Source of the DNA: Escherichia coli
GTDB taxonomy: Bacteria > Pseudomonadota > Gammaproteobacteria > Enterobacterales > Enterobacteriaceae
NCBI RefSeq assembly: GCF_045037415.1
Contig: NZ_CP173438.1
Length of the DNA stretch: 64,000 nt
Direction: 5' to 3' (one strand)
Numbering within the stretch: position 1 is the stretch's first letter; the number at the start of each line of letters is the position of its first letter. Made by a program: the position numbers and the translations under genes. Shown here in pieces: positions 11,126-21,644 of the stretch. Under the pieces are notes generated by a model that saw nothing but the letters and a program-made list of their open reading frames with translations, did no database searches and was not told the origin of the DNA.

Positions 11126-14100
11126 ATGAGTAAACTTTTGGATCGCTTTCGCTACTTCAAACAAAAGGGCGAAATCTTTGCCGATGGTCACGGACAGGTG
11201 ATGCATAGCAACCGCGACTGGGAGGACAGCTATCGCCAGCGTTGGCAGTTCGACAAAATCGTGCGTTCCACCCACGGTGTTAACTGTACAGGCTCCTGTA
11301 GCTGGAAAATCTACGTTAAAAATGGTCTGGTGACCTGGGAAATCCAACAGACCGATTACCCGCGCACTCGCCCTGACCTGCCGAATCACGAACCTCGCGG
11401 CTGCCCGCGTGGCGCAAGTTACTCCTGGTATCTCTACAGCGCGAACCGCCTGAAATACCCGCTCATTCGTAAACGACTGATTGAACTGTGGCGCGAAGCC
11501 CTCAAGCAACACAGCGATCCGGTACTGGCGTGGGCATCGATTATGAACGATCCGCAAAAGTGCCTGAGCTACAAACAAGTGCGTGGACGCGGTGGTTTTA
11601 TCCGCTCCAACTGGCAGGAGCTAAATCAGCTGATTGCCGCCGCTAACGTCTGGACCATCAAAACTTACGGCCCGGATCGCGTTGCCGGTTTCTCGCCGAT
11701 TCCGGCGATGTCGATGGTTTCTTACGCTGCCGGAACACGCTATCTGTCGCTGTTAGGTGGCACCTGTTTAAGCTTCTACGACTGGTATTGCGACCTGCCG
11801 CCCGCCTCGCCGATGACCTGGGGCGAGCAAACCGACGTACCGGAATCTGCCGACTGGTATAACTCCAGTTACATCATCGCCTGGGGGTCTAACGTACCGC
11901 AGACACGTACGCCGGACGCCCATTTCTTTACCGAAGTACGCTACAAAGGCACTAAAACCATCGCCATTACCCCTGACTACTCTGAAGTGGCCAAATTGTG
12001 CGACCAGTGGCTGGCACCGAAACAAGGCACTGATAGTGCCCTGGCAATGGCAATGGGCCATGTCATTTTAAAAGAGTTTCATCTCGATAATCCCAGCGAT
12101 TATTTTATCAACTACTGCCGCCGCTACAGCGACATGCCGATGCTGGTAATGCTGGAACCTCGCGACGACGGCAGCTACGTTCCCGGGCGCATGGTCCGCG
12201 CATCTGACCTGGTGGATGGACTGGGCGAAAGCAATAATCCGCAGTGGAAAACCGTGGCAGTTAATACCGCAGGTGAATTGGTAGTGCCGAACGGTTCGAT
12301 TGGTTTTCGTTGGGGAGAAAAAGGCAAATGGAACCTGGAATCCATTGCCGCCGGTACGGAAACCGAATTGTCGTTAACCCTGCTCGGTCAACATGACGCC
12401 GTTGCAGGCGTGGCCTTCCCCTACTTTGGAGGCATTGAAAATCCGCATTTTCGCAGCGTAAAACACAATCCTGTCCTGGTGCGCCAATTGCCCGTTAAAA
12501 ATCTGACATTAGCCGATGGTAGCACCTGTCCGGTGGTCAGCGTTTATGATCTGGTACTGGCAAATTACGGCCTCGATCGCGGGCTGGAAGATGAAAACAG
12601 CGCGAAAGATTACGCTGAAATCAAACCTTACACCCCTGCCTGGGGCGAGCAAATTACCGGCGTACCGCGCCAGTATATTGAAACCATCGCCCGTGAATTT
12701 GCCGATACCGCTCATAAAACGCATGGGCGCTCGATGATTATTCTCGGCGCAGGTGTTAACCACTGGTATCACATGGACATGAACTACCGCGGGATGATCA
12801 ATATGCTGATCTTCTGCGGTTGTGTCGGGCAAAGCGGCGGCGGCTGGGCGCACTATGTCGGTCAGGAAAAACTGCGCCCACAAACCGGCTGGTTGCCGCT
12901 GGCCTTTGCGTTCGACTGGAACCGTCCACCGCGCCAGATGAACAGCACCTCGTTTTTCTACAATCACTCCAGCCAGTGGCGCTATGAAAAAGTCACCGCG
13001 CAGGAATTGCTCTCACCGCTCGCCGATGCCAGTAAATACAGCGGTCACCTGATTGATTTCAACGTTCGCGCCGAACGTATGGGCTGGCTCCCTTCTGCGC
13101 CGCAGCTGGGGCGTAACCCGCTCTCCCTGAAAGCTGAAGCCGACAAGGCCGGATTATCCCCCACAGAATTTACCGCCCAGGCGCTGAAATCGGGCGATTT
13201 ACGTATGGCCTGCGAACAACCAGATAGCGGCAGCAATCATCCGCGTAATTTGTTTGTCTGGCGTTCTAACCTGCTTGGCTCCTCCGGCAAAGGCCACGAG
13301 TATATGCAGAAGTATCTGCTGGGGACCGAAAGCGGGATTCAGGGAGAGGAACTCGGTGCCAGCGACGGGATCAAACCAGAAGAAGTCGAGTGGCAAACTG
13401 CGGCGATTGAAGGCAAGCTCGACCTGCTGGTGACGCTCGATTTCCGCATGTCCAGTACCTGCCTGTTCTCCGATATCGTTCTGCCCACCGCCACCTGGTA
13501 CGAAAAAGACGATATGAATACCTCGGATATGCATCCGTTTATTCATCCGCTTTCTGCGGCGGTCGATCCGGCGTGGGAATCACGCAGCGACTGGGAAATC
13601 TACAAAGGTATCGCTAAAGCCTTTTCGCAAGTGTGCGTGGGGCATCTCGGCAAAGAAACCGACGTGGTATTACAACCACTGCTGCATGACTCCCCGGCAG
13701 AGCTTTCACAGCCGTGTGAAGTGCTCGACTGGCGCAAAGGCGAGTGCGATCTGATTCCAGGCAAAACCGCGCCGAATATTGTGGCGGTGGAGCGCGACTA
13801 CCCTGCTACCTATGAACGCTTTACCTCGCTCGGGCCATTGATGGACAAACTTGGCAACGGAGGTAAAGGGATTTCGTGGAATACCCAGGATGAAATTGAT
13901 TTCCTCGGTAAACTCAATTACACCAAGCGTGATGGCCCGGCACAGGGGCGTCCGCTGATTGATACCGCGATTGATGCCTCAGAAGTGATTCTGGCGCTGG
14001 CACCGGAAACCAACGGCCATGTTGCAGTCAAAGCGTGGCAAGCGCTGGGCGAGATCACCGGACGCGAACATACCCATCTGGCGCTGCACAAAGAGGACGA

Positions 14101-14866
14101 GAAGATTCGCTTTCGCGATATTCAGGCGCAGCCGCGTAAAATTATCTCCAGCCCCACATGGTCTGGTCTGGAAAGCGATCACGTCTCCTATAATGCGGGA
14201 TACACCAACGTTCATGAGCTAATTCCGTGGCGCACACTGTCGGGCCGTCAACAGCTTTATCAGGATCATCCGTGGATGCGTGCCTTTGGTGAAAGCCTGG
14301 TGGCTTATCGCCCGCCTATCGACACCCGCAGTGTCAGTGAAATGCGCCAAATCCCGCCAAACGGCTTCCCGGAAAAAGCCCTTAACTTCCTGACACCGCA
14401 CCAGAAATGGGGCATTCACTCAACCTACAGTGAAAACCTGCTAATGCTGACGCTCTCTCGCGGTGGACCGATTGTCTGGATCAGCGAAACCGATGCCCGT
14501 GAACTGACCATTGTCGATAACGACTGGGTGGAAGTGTTTAACGCCAATGGCGCGCTGACGGCCCGCGCGGTGGTCAGCCAGCGTGTACCGCCGGGCATGA
14601 CCATGATGTATCACGCTCAGGAACGCATTATGAATATTCCTGGTTCGGAAGTAACCGGCATGCGCGGCGGCATTCATAACTCGGTCACCCGCGTTTGTCC
14701 GAAACCAACACATATGATTGGCGGTTACGCGCAGCTGGCCTGGGGCTTTAACTACTACGGCACTGTCGGCTCTAACCGCGACGAATTCATCATGATCCGC
14801 AAGATGAAGAACGTTAACTGGCTGGATGATGAAGGTCGCGATCAGGTTCAGGAGGCGAAAAAATGA
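11126..14866 (+). CDS. narZ: Respiratory nitrate reductase Z alpha subunit (1246 aa)
   Basis: ORF 11003..14866 trimmed to MSKLLDRFRYFKQKGE; molybdopterin oxidoreductase motifs; stop overlaps narY start (ATGA). Confidence 0.93.
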   Translation: MSKLLDRFRYFKQKGEIFADGHGQVMHSNRDWEDSYRQRWQFDKIVRSTHGVNCTGSCSWKIYVKNGLVTWEIQQTDYPRTRPDLPNHEPRGCPRGASYSWYLYSANRLKYPLIRKRLIELWREALKQHSDPVLAWASIMNDPQKCLSYKQVRGRGGFIRSNWQELNQLIAAANVWTIKTYGPDRVAGFSPIPAMSMVSYAAGTRYLSLLGGTCLSFYDWYCDLPPASPMTWGEQTDVPESADWYNSSYIIAWGSNVPQTRTPDAHFFTEVRYKGTKTIAITPDYSEVAKLCDQWLAPKQGTDSALAMAMGHVILKEFHLDNPSDYFINYCRRYSDMPMLVMLEPRDDGSYVPGRMVRASDLVDGLGESNNPQWKTVAVNTAGELVVPNGSIGFRWGEKGKWNLESIAAGTETELSLTLLGQHDAVAGVAFPYFGGIENPHFRSVKHNPVLVRQLPVKNLTLADGSTCPVVSVYDLVLANYGLDRGLEDENSAKDYAEIKPYTPAWGEQITGVPRQYIETIAREFADTAHKTHGRSMIILGAGVNHWYHMDMNYRGMINMLIFCGCVGQSGGGWAHYVGQEKLRPQTGWLPLAFAFDWNRPPRQMNSTSFFYNHSSQWRYEKVTAQELLSPLADASKYSGHLIDFNVRAERMGWLPSAPQLGRNPLSLKAEADKAGLSPTEFTAQALKSGDLRMACEQPDSGSNHPRNLFVWRSNLLGSSGKGHEYMQKYLLGTESGIQGEELGASDGIKPEEVEWQTAAIEGKLDLLVTLDFRMSSTCLFSDIVLPTATWYEKDDMNTSDMHPFIHPLSAAVDPAWESRSDWEIYKGIAKAFSQVCVGHLGKETDVVLQPLLHDSPAELSQPCEVLDWRKGECDLIPGKTAPNIVAVERDYPATYERFTSLGPLMDKLGNGGKGISWNTQDEIDFLGKLNYTKRDGPAQGRPLIDTAIDASEVILALAPETNGHVAVKAWQALGEITGREHTHLALHKEDEKIRFRDIQAQPRKIISSPTWSGLESDHVSYNAGYTNVHELIPWRTLSGRQQLYQDHPWMRAFGESLVAYRPPIDTRSVSEMRQIPPNGFPEKALNFLTPHQKWGIHSTYSENLLMLTLSRGGPIVWISETDARELTIVDNDWVEVFNANGALTARAVVSQRVPPGMTMMYHAQERIMNIPGSEVTGMRGGIHNSVTRVCPKPTHMIGGYAQLAWGFNYYGTVGSNRDEFIMIRKMKNVNWLDDEGRDQVQEAKK

Positions 14867-16407
14867 AAATACGTTCGCAAGTCGGCATGGTGCTTAACCT
14901 CGATAAATGTATCGGCTGCCATACCTGTTCGGTGACCTGTAAAAACGTCTGGACCGGTCGCGAAGGCATGGAGTACGCATGGTTTAACAACGTCGAAACC
15001 AAACCGGGCATTGGTTATCCGAAAAACTGGGAAGATCAGGATGAGTGGCAAGGTGGCTGGGTGCGTGATGTGAATGGCAAGATACGCCCGCGTCTGGGCA
15101 GCAAGATGGGCGTAATAACCAAAATTTTCGCCAACCCGGTAGTGCCGCAGATTGACGATTACTACGAACCTTTCACCTTCGACTACGAACATTTGCATAG
15201 CGCGCCGGAAGGCAAACATATTCCCACCGCCCGTCCGCGTTCACTGATTGACGGCAAACGGATGGACAAAGTGATCTGGGGCCCAAACTGGGAAGAACTG
15301 CTGGGCGGCGAATTTGAAAAACGAGCCCGCGACCGCAACTTCGAGGCCATGCAAAAGGAGATGTACGGGCAGTTTGAAAACACCTTCATGATGTACCTGC
15401 CGCGCCTGTGCGAACACTGCCTCAATCCCAGCTGCGTGGCGACCTGCCCCAGCGGCGCTATCTACAAACGCGAAGAAGACGGCATTGTGCTGATTGATCA
15501 GGATAAATGCCGTGGCTGGCGTTTGTGCATTAGCGGTTGTCCGTACAAAAAAATCTACTTCAACTGGAAAAGCGGCAAGTCAGAAAAATGTATCTTCTGT
15601 TATCCGCGAATTGAGTCCGGTCAGCCAACAGTCTGCTCCGAAACCTGCGTGGGTCGCATCCGGTATCTGGGCGTGCTGCTCTACGACGCCGACCGCATCG
15701 AAGAAGCAGCGAGTACCGAACGAGAGGTCGATCTCTATGAACGCCAGTGCGAAGTGTTCCTCGATCCGCACGATCCCTCAGTGATCGAAGAAGCCCTGAA
15801 ACAAGGTATTCCACAAAACGTGATTGACGCTGCCCAGCGTTCGCCTGTCTACAAAATGGCGATGGACTGGAAACTGGCGCTACCGCTGCACCCTGAATAC
15901 CGCACCCTGCCGATGGTCTGGTACGTTCCTCCGCTGTCACCGATTCAGTCCTACGCTGATGCGGGAGGTTTGCCGAAAAGCGAAGGCGTGCTGCCCGCCA
16001 TCGAAAGCCTGCGTATTCCGGTGCAATATCTCGCCAATATGTTGAGTGCCGGTGATACCGGTCCGGTACTGCGGGCGCTGAAACGGATGATGGCGATGCG
16101 CCACTATATGCGTTCACAAACCGTGGAAGGCGTTACTGATACTCGTGCCATCGACGAAGTAGGTCTGAGCGTCGCCCAGGTCGAAGAGATGTATCGTTAC
16201 CTCGCCATTGCCAACTATGAAGATCGTTTCGTCATCCCGACAAGCCATCGGGAAATGGCGGGCGATGCCTTCGCAGAACGCAACGGCTGCGGTTTTACCT
16301 TTGGCGACGGTTGCCACGGTTCGGACAGCAAATTCAACCTGTTCAACAGTAGCCGTATCGATGCCATCAACATCACCGAAGTGCGCGACAAAGCGGAGGG
16401 CGAATAA
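14863..16407 (+). CDS. narY: Respiratory nitrate reductase Z beta subunit, Fe-S (514 aa)
   Basis: ORF 14863..16407; CIGCHTCSVTCK and further Cys clusters. Confidence 0.93.
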   Translation: MKIRSQVGMVLNLDKCIGCHTCSVTCKNVWTGREGMEYAWFNNVETKPGIGYPKNWEDQDEWQGGWVRDVNGKIRPRLGSKMGVITKIFANPVVPQIDDYYEPFTFDYEHLHSAPEGKHIPTARPRSLIDGKRMDKVIWGPNWEELLGGEFEKRARDRNFEAMQKEMYGQFENTFMMYLPRLCEHCLNPSCVATCPSGAIYKREEDGIVLIDQDKCRGWRLCISGCPYKKIYFNWKSGKSEKCIFCYPRIESGQPTVCSETCVGRIRYLGVLLYDADRIEEAASTEREVDLYERQCEVFLDPHDPSVIEEALKQGIPQNVIDAAQRSPVYKMAMDWKLALPLHPEYRTLPMVWYVPPLSPIQSYADAGGLPKSEGVLPAIESLRIPVQYLANMLSAGDTGPVLRALKRMMAMRHYMRSQTVEGVTDTRAIDEVGLSVAQVEEMYRYLAIANYEDRFVIPTSHREMAGDAFAERNGCGFTFGDGCHGSDSKFNLFNSSRIDAINITEVRDKAEGE

Positions 16408-17102
16408 TGCAGATCCTCAAAGTGCTCGGCCTGTTGATGGAGTACCCAGACGAGTTGTTGTGGGAGTGTAAGGACGACGCGCTGGCGCTTATCCGCCGCG
16501 ACGCGCCGATGCTCACCGATTTTGCACTCGACCTGCTCAACGCCCCGCTGCTGGATAAACAGGCCGAATGGTGTGAAGTGTTTGACCGCGGGCGCACCAC
16601 GTCGCTGCTGCTGTTTGAACATGTTCATGCCGAGTCCCGCGATCGCGGCCAGGCAATGGTGGACCTGCTGGCGGAGTATGAAAAGGTCGGTCTGCAACTG
16701 AATTGTAGGGAACTGCCCGATTATCTACCGCTGTATCTGGAGTATTTAAGCGTACTTCCGGACGATCAGGCGAAAGAAGGATTACTCAACGTTGCGCCGA
16801 TCCTCACCCTGCTTGGCGGACGCTTAAAACAACGCGAGGCACCGTGGTACGCGTTATTTGACGCCCTGTTGCAACTGGCAGGAAGCCCTCTGTCAAGTGA
16901 CAGTGTCACAAAACAGATTCGCAGTGAAGAGCGTGACGACACCCGCCAGGCGCTGGATGCGGTGTGGGAAGAAGAACAGGTGAAGTTTATTGAAGATAAC
17001 GCCACGGCGTGTGACAGCTCGCCGCTTAATCAATATCAGCGACGCTTTAGCCAGGATGTCGCGCCGCAGTATGTCGACATCAGTGCGGGAGGTGGGAAAT
17101 GA
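16407..17102 (+). CDS. narW: Nitrate reductase Z assembly chaperone (231 aa)
   Basis: ORF 16407..17102; start overlaps narY stop. Confidence 0.88.
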   Translation: MQILKVLGLLMEYPDELLWECKDDALALIRRDAPMLTDFALDLLNAPLLDKQAEWCEVFDRGRTTSLLLFEHVHAESRDRGQAMVDLLAEYEKVGLQLNCRELPDYLPLYLEYLSVLPDDQAKEGLLNVAPILTLLGGRLKQREAPWYALFDALLQLAGSPLSSDSVTKQIRSEERDDTRQALDAVWEEEQVKFIEDNATACDSSPLNQYQRRFSQDVAPQYVDISAGGGK

Positions 17103-17779
17103 TTCAGTATCTGAACGTCTTTTTTTACGATATCTACCCGTACTTGTGTGGCACGGTTTTTATCCTTGGAAGCTGGCTGCGCTACGACTACGGGCAGTAC
17201 ACCTGGCGCGCCGCCTCCAGCCAGATGCTGGATAAACGCGGGATGGTGCTGTGGTCAAACTTGTTCCATATCGGCATTTTGGGGATTTTCTTCGGGCACC
17301 TGTTCGGCATGTTAACGCCACACTGGATGTACGCGTGGTTTCTGCCGGTGGCGGTAAAACAGCAGATGGCGATGATCCTCGGCGGAATATGCGGGGTATT
17401 GACGCTGATTGGCGGTGCGGGGCTACTGGTGCGTCGTTTAACAAATCCGCGTATCAGGGCGACGTCTTCTGGTGCGGATATCCTGATCCTCGCCATTTTG
17501 TTAATTCAGTGCATTCTCGGGTTAACCACCATTCCTTTTTCAGCACAACATCCGGACGGCAGTGAAATGATGAAGCTGGTGGGCTGGGCGCAAAGCATTG
17601 TCACTTTCCAGGGCGGTGCATCTACGCATCTTGATGGTGTCGCCTTTATATTCCGCGTTCATCTGGTGCTTGGAATGACCATCTTCCTGCTCTTCCCGTT
17701 CACCCGACTGGTGCATGTCTGGAGCGCGCCGTTTGAGTACTTTACTCGTCGGTATCAGATTGTGCGTTCGCGGCGTTAA
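17099..17779 (+). CDS. narV: Respiratory nitrate reductase Z gamma subunit, cytochrome b (226 aa)
   Basis: ORF 17099..17779; membrane heme protein, overlaps narW stop. Confidence 0.9.
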   Translation: MIQYLNVFFYDIYPYLCGTVFILGSWLRYDYGQYTWRAASSQMLDKRGMVLWSNLFHIGILGIFFGHLFGMLTPHWMYAWFLPVAVKQQMAMILGGICGVLTLIGGAGLLVRRLTNPRIRATSSGADILILAILLIQCILGLTTIPFSAQHPDGSEMMKLVGWAQSIVTFQGGASTHLDGVAFIFRVHLVLGMTIFLLFPFTRLVHVWSAPFEYFTRRYQIVRSRR

Positions 17780-17858
17780 TTCTCACGCGGGCCGGATAGC
17801 CCTTCGCTCTCCGGCCACTTGCAGGCTATGATAGTTCTCCAGCCACAGGAGAACGTTA

Positions 17859-18752
17859 ATGAAACCGCAAGTGTACCACGTCGATGCTTTTACCTCTCAA
17901 CCGTTTCGCGGCAATTCTGCCGGTGTTGTTTTCCCCGCCGATAATCTCAGTGAAGCGCAAATGCAGCTTATCGCCCGCGAGTTAGGTCATTCGGAAACTG
18001 CTTTTCTGCTGCACAGCGACGACAGCGATGTGCGCATCCGCTACTTTACGCCAACGGTTGAAGTGCCAATTTGCGGTCACGCGACGGTGGCTGCGCACTA
18101 TGTACGTTCAAAGGTATTAGGTTTGGGAAATTGCACGGTCTGGCAAACGTCGCTGGCAGGAAAACATCGTGTGACTATCGAAAAGCAAAATGATGATTAT
18201 CGTATTTCGCTGGAACAAGGTACGCCAGGCTTTGAGCCACCACTGACAGGTGAAACACGTGCAGCGATTATCAACGCGCTTCATCTCACTGAGGACGATA
18301 TTCTGCCAGGCTTGCCAATTCAGGTGGCAACAACAGGACACTCAAAAGTGATGATCCCGTTGAAACCAGAAGTGGATATCGACGCCCTTTCGCCTGATCT
18401 TGCTGCGTTGACCGCTATCAGCAAACAGATTGGCTGCAATGGTTTCTTCCCGTTCCAGATCCGCCCAGGCAAAAGCGAAACCGACGGTCGCATGTTCTCG
18501 CCTGCGATTGGTATTGTGGAAGATCCGGTGACCGGGAATGCCAATGGTCCGATGGGCGCATGGTTAGTACATCACAACGTATTGCCCCACGATGGCAACG
18601 TGTTGCGTGTTAAAGGCCATCAGGGGCGCGCATTGGGGCGTGATGGTGTAATTGATGTGACGGTGACAATTCGCGATAACCAACCGGAGAAAGTTACCAT
18701 TTCCGGCACGGCGGTGATTCTATTCCATGCTGAATGGGCCATTGATTTTTGA
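17859..18752 (+). CDS. yddE: PhzF-family isomerase-like protein (297 aa)
   Basis: ORF 17859..18752; recognised as YddE. Confidence 0.85.
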   Translation: MKPQVYHVDAFTSQPFRGNSAGVVFPADNLSEAQMQLIARELGHSETAFLLHSDDSDVRIRYFTPTVEVPICGHATVAAHYVRSKVLGLGNCTVWQTSLAGKHRVTIEKQNDDYRISLEQGTPGFEPPLTGETRAAIINALHLTEDDILPGLPIQVATTGHSKVMIPLKPEVDIDALSPDLAALTAISKQIGCNGFFPFQIRPGKSETDGRMFSPAIGIVEDPVTGNANGPMGAWLVHHNVLPHDGNVLRVKGHQGRALGRDGVIDVTVTIRDNQPEKVTISGTAVILFHAEWAIDF

Positions 18753-18753
18753 T

Positions 18754-18837
18754 GCCGTTGCCTGATGCGCTTCGCTTATCAGGCCTACAACCGGACTAAT
18801 GTAGGCCGGATAAGGCATTTACGCCACATCCGGCAAC
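18754..18837. repeat. REP/BIME-type extragenic palindromic repeats (two units)
   Basis: gccgttgcctgatgcgcttcgcttatcaggcctac and tgtaggccggataaggcatttacgccacatccggca match the E. coli REP consensus family. Confidence 0.6.
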
Positions 18838-18847
18838 CTGACATAAA

Positions 18848-19693
18848 TTATTTTCCCGCCTCCGGGTGCGTATCAAACGCCGCCATCACCAGCGCTAACT
18901 CATCCACAGTAAAGCCATGTTTCGCATCATCTACGCCCAGACCAAACTGTTCCTGCATCACGGCATATAACGACGCCACATCTGGTAGATTTCGCTGCTC
19001 AACTGCGTGCCCATTTTCATAATGGGTAAAATGAAAATTGGTCAGCGTTAGCTTGCCACCGTCCGGCAAATGGCGACACATCAGCAAATGATGGCGAAAA
19101 TGCGACTGCGGCCAGTGCGCCGACCAGAAATTGCCTATCACATAATCGCTTTGTTGCTGCTCGCAGAGATCAAAACGGTACATCGACTGCCAGTGCTGAT
19201 GATGATTAAACTGCAATACCCAATCATCACCCTCTTGCAACAACCGATACTCTCCGTGTGGCGTGGTTTGCATGATATCCGGCATTAAACGAATCGGCGC
19301 GGTTAGCGTCTGCCCACCGAAACCGACATCAGCAATCCATTTTTCCCCTTCCAGTTCCACCAACAGCAAACGATGGGTGCGCGGCGGTAATGCTGGCGGA
19401 TTTGATAACACTACGCGACCTAACAAGCTGCGAACGTTAAACCCCAGCTCGCGTAACACCCGCTCAAACACGCCATTCTGCTCAAAACAGTAACCGCCAC
19501 GACGGGCTATCACCAGTTTCTCTTCCAGCGATTGATCATCAAGCTGTATTTCCCTCGGCAGCAAAACGTCGAGATTTTCAAACGGAATGGTGCAATTGTG
19601 TTTCAGGTGCAATGCACGCAGCGTATCAATATTGGCCGCAGCAGCTCCCAACCAGTTAATACGGGCAAAATAATGATTCAGAATGGGCGTCAT
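18848..19693 (-). CDS. nhoA: Arylamine N-acetyltransferase (281 aa)
   Basis: ORF 18848..19693; MTPILNHYFARINW..., NAT family with catalytic Cys region GGYCFEQN. Confidence 0.9.
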   Translation of the reverse strand: MTPILNHYFARINWLGAAAANIDTLRALHLKHNCTIPFENLDVLLPREIQLDDQSLEEKLVIARRGGYCFEQNGVFERVLRELGFNVRSLLGRVVLSNPPALPPRTHRLLLVELEGEKWIADVGFGGQTLTAPIRLMPDIMQTTPHGEYRLLQEGDDWVLQFNHHQHWQSMYRFDLCEQQQSDYVIGNFWSAHWPQSHFRHHLLMCRHLPDGGKLTLTNFHFTHYENGHAVEQRNLPDVASLYAVMQEQFGLGVDDAKHGFTVDELALVMAAFDTHPEAGK

Positions 19694-19867
19694 CAGGCGT
19701 TTCCCTTAGTGGTTTTCTCAACTTATAACCTGGAATAGACGCCGCACTGGCTATTTTGTGCGATCGCGGACATGCATCACGTTCGCAAATCGCCAATCCC
19801 GTTAATTTCGTTACTTATTGCGTTACGAGCTACGCTTTTAAAACACCCTTCATAGCGAGGCGATATC

Positions 19868-20437
19868 GTGAGCCAATTCATTCCCGTCGAATTACACCAT
19901 GCCAGCTGTCTGTTAAATCATGGCCCAACTGTCATGATCACCAGTTTCGATGAGCAATCCCAGCGGCGTAACATTATGGCAGCAGCCTGGTCGATGCCCG
20001 TAGAGTTTGAACCGCCACGCGTGGCGATTGTGGTAGATAAATCGACATGGACCAGGGAGTTGATTGAAGGTAACGGTAAATTTGGCATCGTTATCCCGGG
20101 CGTTGCGGCGACTAACTGGACGTGGGCGGTGGGAAGTGTGTCGGGTCGTGAAGAAGATAAGTTTAATTGCTACGGCATTCCGGTAGTGAGAGGCCCGGTG
20201 CTTGGTTTGCCGCTGGTCGAGGAAAAATGTCTGGCGTGGATGGAGTGTCGCCTGCTACCTGCGACTTCCGCGCAAGAAAAATACGATACGCTATTTGGCG
20301 AAGTGGTATCTGCAGCGGCAGACGCACGAGTATTTGTCGAAGGCCGCTGGCAGTTTGATGATGATAAGCTCAATACGTTGCATCATTTAGGTGCTGGCAT
20401 GTTTGTTACCAGTGGTAAGCGAGTTACGGCAGGTTAA
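19868..20437 (+). CDS. yddH: Flavin reductase-like protein (189 aa), probable GTG start
   Basis: ORF 19868..20437; first codon is gtg; recognised as YddH. Confidence 0.8.
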   Translation: MSQFIPVELHHASCLLNHGPTVMITSFDEQSQRRNIMAAAWSMPVEFEPPRVAIVVDKSTWTRELIEGNGKFGIVIPGVAATNWTWAVGSVSGREEDKFNCYGIPVVRGPVLGLPLVEEKCLAWMECRLLPATSAQEKYDTLFGEVVSAAADARVFVEGRWQFDDDKLNTLHHLGAGMFVTSGKRVTAG

Positions 20438-20507
20438 GCATTACATGCTGTAACCGGGTTTCTTTATCAAAGCCTCCATTTGGGGCGCGATTTCGGCCAG
20501 GGCAAGA

Positions 20508-21644
20508 TTACGAAAGCCCGCTCCCCGCAAGGACTGACGCGAGATAGTTTCTGTCCATGGCTGCTTTTCGCATCTTACGTCTTAACCCTGCCTTGAATAC
20601 CTTATCATTCGTTAAAATATTAATAGCGATGTGCCGTATCCCTGAAAATAATTCTGCGGCGTTTCCTCTTCTTATTTTGCAGTCGTCTTCATTCATTACC
20701 ACGTCCAGACGCCAGTGCAGCTTATTCTCCACGTGCCAGTGGTTTCGGATTGCTGTGGCGAACTTCTCTGCGGTTAAATCAGCAGAACTGATATAATATC
20801 TGACCGTCATTTCTGGCTCTTTCTTTTGTTCTGCTATTATGGACCGAAAGGAGACTGCCACGCATAATTTCTTCAGTCCTTTCCATTCGAACGTGAAATC
20901 AATAAGTTCATCAGGGACATCGCAAACAATATGAAGACGGATTTCTTCTCTGCCGTGACTCTTTTCACTAATGGCGTAACTGTCATGTTCTGGATTATTT
21001 AATTCTTTCAGTGGAAATTTTTCCTCAAAGGCTTTATTAAGCCGCCCCTGATTTCCTTTTACAGCGAATAAATAATCACCGCCCTGTTTTTGTATCTTCT
21101 CTGCAATATCTTTCTGGCAACCCATCGCATCAGTTGTGATGATTTTTCCTTTAATATCCAGCATGTTAAGAAGTTCAGGGATAGGTGTAATTTCATTGGA
21201 TTTCTCATCCGTCCTGATCTGTCCGATGACCAGACTGTGCATTGTTGAGAACGCACTAATGACATGAATCGCTCCCTTGCGGCGACTCTTGTCATAAGAA
21301 TGCCGGAGTGTTTTTCCATCAATTGCGATGACGTCTTTATCATCTGAAGAATGGCAGTCACGCATCCAGTTAATAAAGCACTCGTGAAATTTTGCAGGAC
21401 TGATACAGGATACAACTCTGGCAATGGTATCGTGAACAGGAATACCATTATCAAAATCACCATATTGCTTCAAAAAATCGAGATGTGTTTCCCCAAAATC
21501 CTCTATATCTTCCCAGCCTTCTGCACCCGAAATAACGGCACAAATAGTCAACAGTAGAATATCCGATAATTTATGTTCCACTTTCCAGGCTTGTCTGTAA
21601 TCGGGGATAATAGAAATATGTTCCATCAATTTTTTAAGTTCCAT
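20508..21644 (-). mobile_element. H-repeat-associated protein / ISAs1-family transposase gene (378 aa), AT-rich; element ends not defined
   Basis: ORF 20508..21644; [52 protein letters not shown]... recognised as the YdcC/YhhI/YbfD H-rpt protein family. Confidence 0.82.

Noticed and set aside
11018-16697. Minus-strand ORFs inside narZ/narY/narW (e.g. 11018..11578, 12509..12967, 15560..16117, 16215..16697)
   Set aside because: Antisense shadow ORFs within well-supported nar genes.
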